The notes under the pieces were generated by a model that saw only the letters and a list, made by a program, of their open reading frames with translations, was not told where the DNA came from and did no database searches. A stretch of DNA of 13,044 nucleotides, taken from NCBI RefSeq assembly GCF_006345805.1, contig NW_021826414.1:1-13044 (forward strand), read 5' to 3'. This DNA is from Octopus sinensis. Taxonomy: Eukaryota. The position numbers were made by a program, and so were the translations under genes. How positions within the stretch are numbered: position 1 is the stretch's first letter; each line of letters opens with the position of its first letter. Shown in pieces: positions 8,691 through 13,044 of the stretch.

Positions 8691-9836
8691 ATTTGTAGTC
8701 ATTTTATGTAGCTGCTTTAGTAAATCAGTTGATCTAGTTTGCTTGAATAATAGTTTGCTGGTCACAACTTTGCTTAATTTTTATCAATTCAAACAGTGTG
8801 TATGAATGATTATAGATGTATAAAAATAAACAATTGAACTTGCTATATTTATCCAATCGACATTGTAGATTTTGACAAATTTAACTAAAGGCATTAAAAA
8901 TGAATGTTAAAATAACATTAGATTTACCATGATACATATTTATTAAGTAGACATATATTTGTGTATGTGTGTGCGTGCACGTGCGCGTGTGTACGTTTAT
9001 GTGTGTTGTGTGTTATCTCTGAGTTAAATACCAAGTTGGTGTCTAGCATTAGATAACTCACCTCATGGGAAGATACTTACTCTTTAGTTTTGCCTGACAA
9101 AGTAAGCAGGAGATAGAAAACTTTTATTCAAAATAATCAATACATATATGTGTATATACATTTTGACAGAACCATCAGTAAAACTCTCAACACTTTACGT
9201 TCATTATTATCTCAAGGATCTTCCACTTGATGTCGAATGCAGTAATATGTTATATCAAATACTAGATGTAATTGGATAATTTTGCTGCTTTCATCTTTTC
9301 TATATTTCTGCAGGAGGAAATATGGTTGAAGTGTCGTTGTTTAAATTTACATTACACTATACTTACACAAAATTTACACGTGATTTTTGCGGGGTTTGCT
9401 TTGGTGAAAGTGACTTCTGTGTTGCAGATAATCGTTTCAGCTTGCTTGACTTATTAAGTATTAGTATTTCTGAATATACAGTTAGACTTAGTTAATAAAC
9501 TTGGTTGGCTTGTTATAAAGTTATACTCTTTTTTATATTGTTGCTACAGCTATAACTCTGATTAAGGTTATTTTTTATTGAATAACTTTTTATTCCGAAG
9601 GTTGGTGGAGATTGGTGGGGATATCTTTACTTATTAAGGCAAGAAAGTATTTATTAATATTACACTAAACATTTAAGGGGATAGGACAAAACACAATATC
9701 AAAAATTCGTTTATGTGGTTAGCATTCGCGTAACGAATTATGTTTTCACTATCTGGTGATTGTCAAGTATTTCGGAGTACGAAACTTCAAGTCACAGTGT
9801 ATTATCTGTAAAGGACAATGTGCGCGCGTGTATGTA

Positions 9837-11070
9837 CAGGGGTTGGAGAAAGTAATAGAAACACCGTAAAATATCAAACAAATTTATTTTAATATGGGGT
9901 AGGACCACCTTTGGCAGTGATTAGGGCTTGAATTCTACGAGGTATGGACTCGTACAAAGTTTCAATTGTTTCCAAAGGAATTTTTGTCCATTCTTCAGCT
10001 AAAAGAGTCTCCAGTTCTTGTAGTGATGATGATGGAGGATATCGACTTCTTACTTGTTTTCTTAAAATGTACCATAAATGTTCAATAATATTGAGATCTG
10101 GGGTCTATGGTGGCCAGATAAGATGTTGAACTCCACTAGAATGTTCCTCGTGCCATTCAGTAACAACTTTAGCAGTGTGAATTGGTGCATTATCATCCTG
10201 AAATATTGCGTTTCCCTCCGGAAACAGTTCCGCAAACATAGCATGAATTTGATCAGATAAAATGCTTAGTCTTGACTATTGGGCCGGCAGATTTCCAAGA
10301 TATAGCACCCCCTCCCCCGATCATCACAGACCCTCCTTCATGTTTAGCAGTTGGAAGAAAGCAGTCTGGGTCAAATGCTTCTTTTGGCTGTCTCCACGCG
10401 TATACTAGGCCGGTGGTCGGAAATAAGGTAAAGGATGACTCGTCCGAGAAAATAACATTCTTTCACTGCTCTATGGACCAATTCTGTAGGTTTTTACTCC
10501 ACTCTAAACGCTTTGCAGCGTTTGTTTTTGAAAGTAGTGCTTTTTGATTGAAGCCCTCCTGTGAAATCCGGCTTTGTGCAGCTCCCGGTGAACAGTTTTT
10601 GTGGAAACTAGGTTCCTGAGATGGTCATTAAGCTCTGCAGTAATTTTGGGAGCTGTACTTTTGTGATCTTTTCTAACAATTCGCGTAAGAGTCTGACGGT
10701 CTCTATCTGAAAGTTTTGGTTTTCTTCCGGAGTTTTGTTTCAACGAGGAGGTTTTTTCCTTCTTTCTCAAAGGTTGTCATTACGTTCGAGACAGTACTTC
10801 TTGATACACCAAACATTTCGGCTATTTTCGTTACGCTAGCGCCTGCCATACGAACATCAACAATTTGACCTCTTTGAAAATCTGATAGATCTGTCATTTT
10901 AATGAATTTTAATTACCCTTTTTTATGATATCTGAAAACAAGCAGCAATTTTAGCAAAAATATCTTAAGTAACACTAATAATAAATCAAAAACATAAAAA
11001 TAAACAAGCTTTTCTCGATTTTATAGATATTTCAAAATTATGAAGCTATGATTATTTGGTCCAACCCCTG
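9837..11070 (-). mobile_element. Near full-length Tc1-like DNA transposon (1234 bp), DD36E (Incomer-like)
   Basis: Left end TA|CAGGGGTTGGAGAAAGTAAT and right end ATTATTTGGTCCAACCCCTG|TA: TIRs with 11 identical terminal bases and a TA duplication on both sides. Encloses a disrupted transposase. Confidence 0.95.
9889..10897 (-). pseudogene. Disrupted Tc1-family transposase (DD36E)
   Basis: MTDLSDFQRGQIVDVRMAGASVTKIAEMFGVSRSTVS..SGRKPKLSDRDRQTLTRIV..KRLEWSKNLQNWSIEQ*KNVIFSDESSFTLFPTTG..KHEGGSVMI..FQDDNAPIHTAKVVTEWHEEHSSGVQHLIWPP*TPDLNIIEHLW..SIPRRIQALITAKGGPTPY*. First D at 10444-10442, E at 10083-10081. At least two in-frame stops, frameshifts near 10750 and 10545, and a small deletion near 10270. 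Confidence 0.95.
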
Positions 11071-11077
11071 TATATGG

Positions 11078-11124
<47 letters not shown>

Positions 11125-11268
11125 TATGTATACATGCATGTATGAATGTATGTATGCATGTATCTACCTATTAACATGTGTGTGTGTGTATTCATATGTG
11201 TGTGTATATCCTGATATACACACACAATGTATATATATATACATATATGTGTATATATACACGCATAT

Positions 11269-11306
<38 letters not shown>

Positions 11307-11312
11307 TATATT

Positions 11313-11371
<59 letters not shown>

Positions 11372-11516
11372 TACTATATTGTGATATATATATATATATA
11401 TATAGCATTATATATATATATATATATATAAACCTATATGTGTGCATATATATATATACCTATATGTCTGCATATATATATATATATACCTATATGTGTG
11501 TATATATACATATATG
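11071..11516. repeat. (TA)n-rich tract with repeated ACCTATATGTGTGCAT-like anchors
   Basis: Long (TA)n runs; anchor copies at 11432, 11458 and 11488, with variants near 11305 and 11373. Confidence 0.9.
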
Positions 11517-11699
11517 TGGCGATGCTCGGTCCAGTCTCCTGTTACCAATTGCTGTCCGATGAGATCTTACAAACAAATGTTAGATATCACAATTCCTCTG
11601 CATCTCCTATTAATAAATTATATCGACTTTAGATCAAGTTGATTTTCAGAAAATGATACTTGTTCCTCTTATTAATTTTATTGAAAATAACAGCTTCAA

Positions 11700-11970
11700 A
11701 TACATAAATATAAATATACATACATGTGTGTGTATGTGTGTGAATGTGTATGTCGTGTATATATATTAGATATATATATATATAGATATATATATATATA
11801 TATATCTATATATATATATAACACACACGTATATAAAAGTAGGTATTGTTGCGCCTAAATAGGATATATAGATATATATATATCAATATATATATGTGTG
11901 GTGTGTGTGTGTGCGTGTGTGTGTGTATGCGTATCTATATATGCATGTATATATATTTATATATGTGAGT
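11700..11970. repeat. Mixed (TG)n/(TA)n low-complexity tract
   Basis: Directly visible. Confidence 0.85.
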
Positions 11971-11990
11971 GGGTGAGGTCTATTTGAATG

Positions 11991-12923
11991 TATCTTTTAT
12001 CTTTTTCTTGTTTCAGTCATTGGACAGCAGCCATGCTAGGGCACCGCCTTAAAAGGTATAGTGCAAGGGTGGGAAACTTTTTAGTGCGGCGGGCAAAAAT
12101 TTCCAAAGAAAGAGGTCCGCGAGAGGATCACAAGTTCTAACTCTTATATCTGTGTAAATCTTGTATAGATCTATGTATAATTCGATATATATTAATAAAA
12201 ATAAGTTTAACACGTTAAATTAACGCGTAGCATTTTCATTAACGCCGCCACTTAATCTTGACGCTTATATTGCTTATGAGGTATTCTATATTTTTCAACT
12301 AGTGTGTAGTTAGGTCTCAAGGGTGTGATACAAACCTAGTAATATGGGTTTTATAGTAAAATCAAAATTTCCATTGAAATGGCCCTTTAATGGACGGACG
12401 ATTTTCTGTTCGAGTCTAACCATTTTAAGTTGTAGTGGAAACACGAATATTGTGTAAATTTTATAATTGAAACATTTACTATGTTTTGTACATACAAGTA
12501 TACCTGCGGGTGCAATAAAATGGGCTCGCGGACGCAATTGCGCCCACGGGCGGGGATTTCCCCACCCCTGTTTAGTCGAACAAATCGATCCTAGTAATTA
12601 TTTCTTCTTAAGCTATCCTATAAATTTCTTTTTTGCCGAACCGCTTGCCAAGCGGTAGTGGGTGGGTACGACAAACGCCAACAGGAAACACACACCCATA
12701 CAAAAATGCATATGTGTGTACGCATGTGCGTGTGAGTGTATGTGGGTTTGTGTGGGTGTGTTTGTATGTTTCCGTGTGTCCGTGCGTGTGTTTGGGTGTG
12801 TATAAGACGGGCTACTTTCACTTTCAGTTTCCCTCTACGAAATACACTCGCATGGTTTTGGTCGTCCCGAGGCTGTAGCAGAGTACCGGAAGCAAATTTC
12901 TTACCACACGGCCATGCCTGTGC
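11991..12923 (-). mobile_element. tRNA-headed cephalopod-type SINE, interrupted by a MITE
   Basis: Minus-strand head GCACAGGCATGGCCGTGTGGTAAG (box A-like, 12914-12901; box B region apparently deleted). Body CCTCGGGACGACCAAAACC..GAAACTGAAAG..CCCGTC, an internal CA/TG tract, a 3' part GCGGTTCGGCAAAAAG..GATCGATTTGTTCGACTA // AAGGCGGTGCCCTAGCATGGCTGC..AATGACTGAAACAAG and an AAAGAT-like tail. It matches my recollection of an abundant octopus SINE. Confidence 0.75.
12064..12570. mobile_element. Non-autonomous hAT-type (Charlie/Buster-like) MITE, 507 bp
   Basis: Left end CAAGGGTGGGAAAC; the right end reverse-complements to CAGGGGTGGGGAAA. GC-rich subterminal GCGG/CCGC motifs, AT-rich interior, and a degenerate 8-bp target duplication GTATAGTG (12056-12063) / GTTTAGTC (12570-12577) with central TA. 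Confidence 0.85.
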
Positions 12924-13044
12924 TTAGAGTTGATTTTTGTATCATATTACTTTATTCCAGAAAGAAACCCCTCATGACCTAGCCTAAGTTTTGGCCTCTT
13001 GCTGAGAGTAAAGACGTCACCAAAGATCAAGTGACAGCTTACAA

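Noticed and set aside
9944-10547. Plus-strand ORFs of 60-91 aa
   Set aside because: Antisense shadows of the minus-strand Tc1 transposase.
12310-12658. ORFs inside the MITE
   Set aside because: No transposase motifs; short chance ORFs in a non-autonomous element.

Overview
This is AT-rich, microsatellite-saturated animal non-coding DNA (intronic or intergenic). The SINE sequences and the (TA)n/(TACA)n/(CA)n density suggest a cephalopod (Octopus-like) genome; that is inference from recall, not a database result. I found no intact protein-coding gene. The supplied ORFs are microsatellite artefacts or pieces of dead mobile elements. Between the microsatellites are: tRNA-headed SINEs (1991-2298, 7194-7320, 11991-12923); an internally deleted DD37D (maT-like) Tc1/mariner (3079-3936); an R4/Dong-like RT relic (4515-5250); a short element carrying a minimal type-I hammerhead ribozyme fold (5394-5619), next to a Penelope-like RT-thumb/GIY-YIG relic (5715-6540); a 3'-terminal LINE fragment (7921-8690) holding a 7 x 53-bp minisatellite with alternating units; a near full-length DD36E (Incomer-like) Tc1 element (9837-11070); and a hAT-type MITE (12064-12570) nested in a SINE. 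I see no convincing new biological system. The best leads are the hammerhead/Penelope arrangement, the DD36E element and the LINE-born minisatellite.
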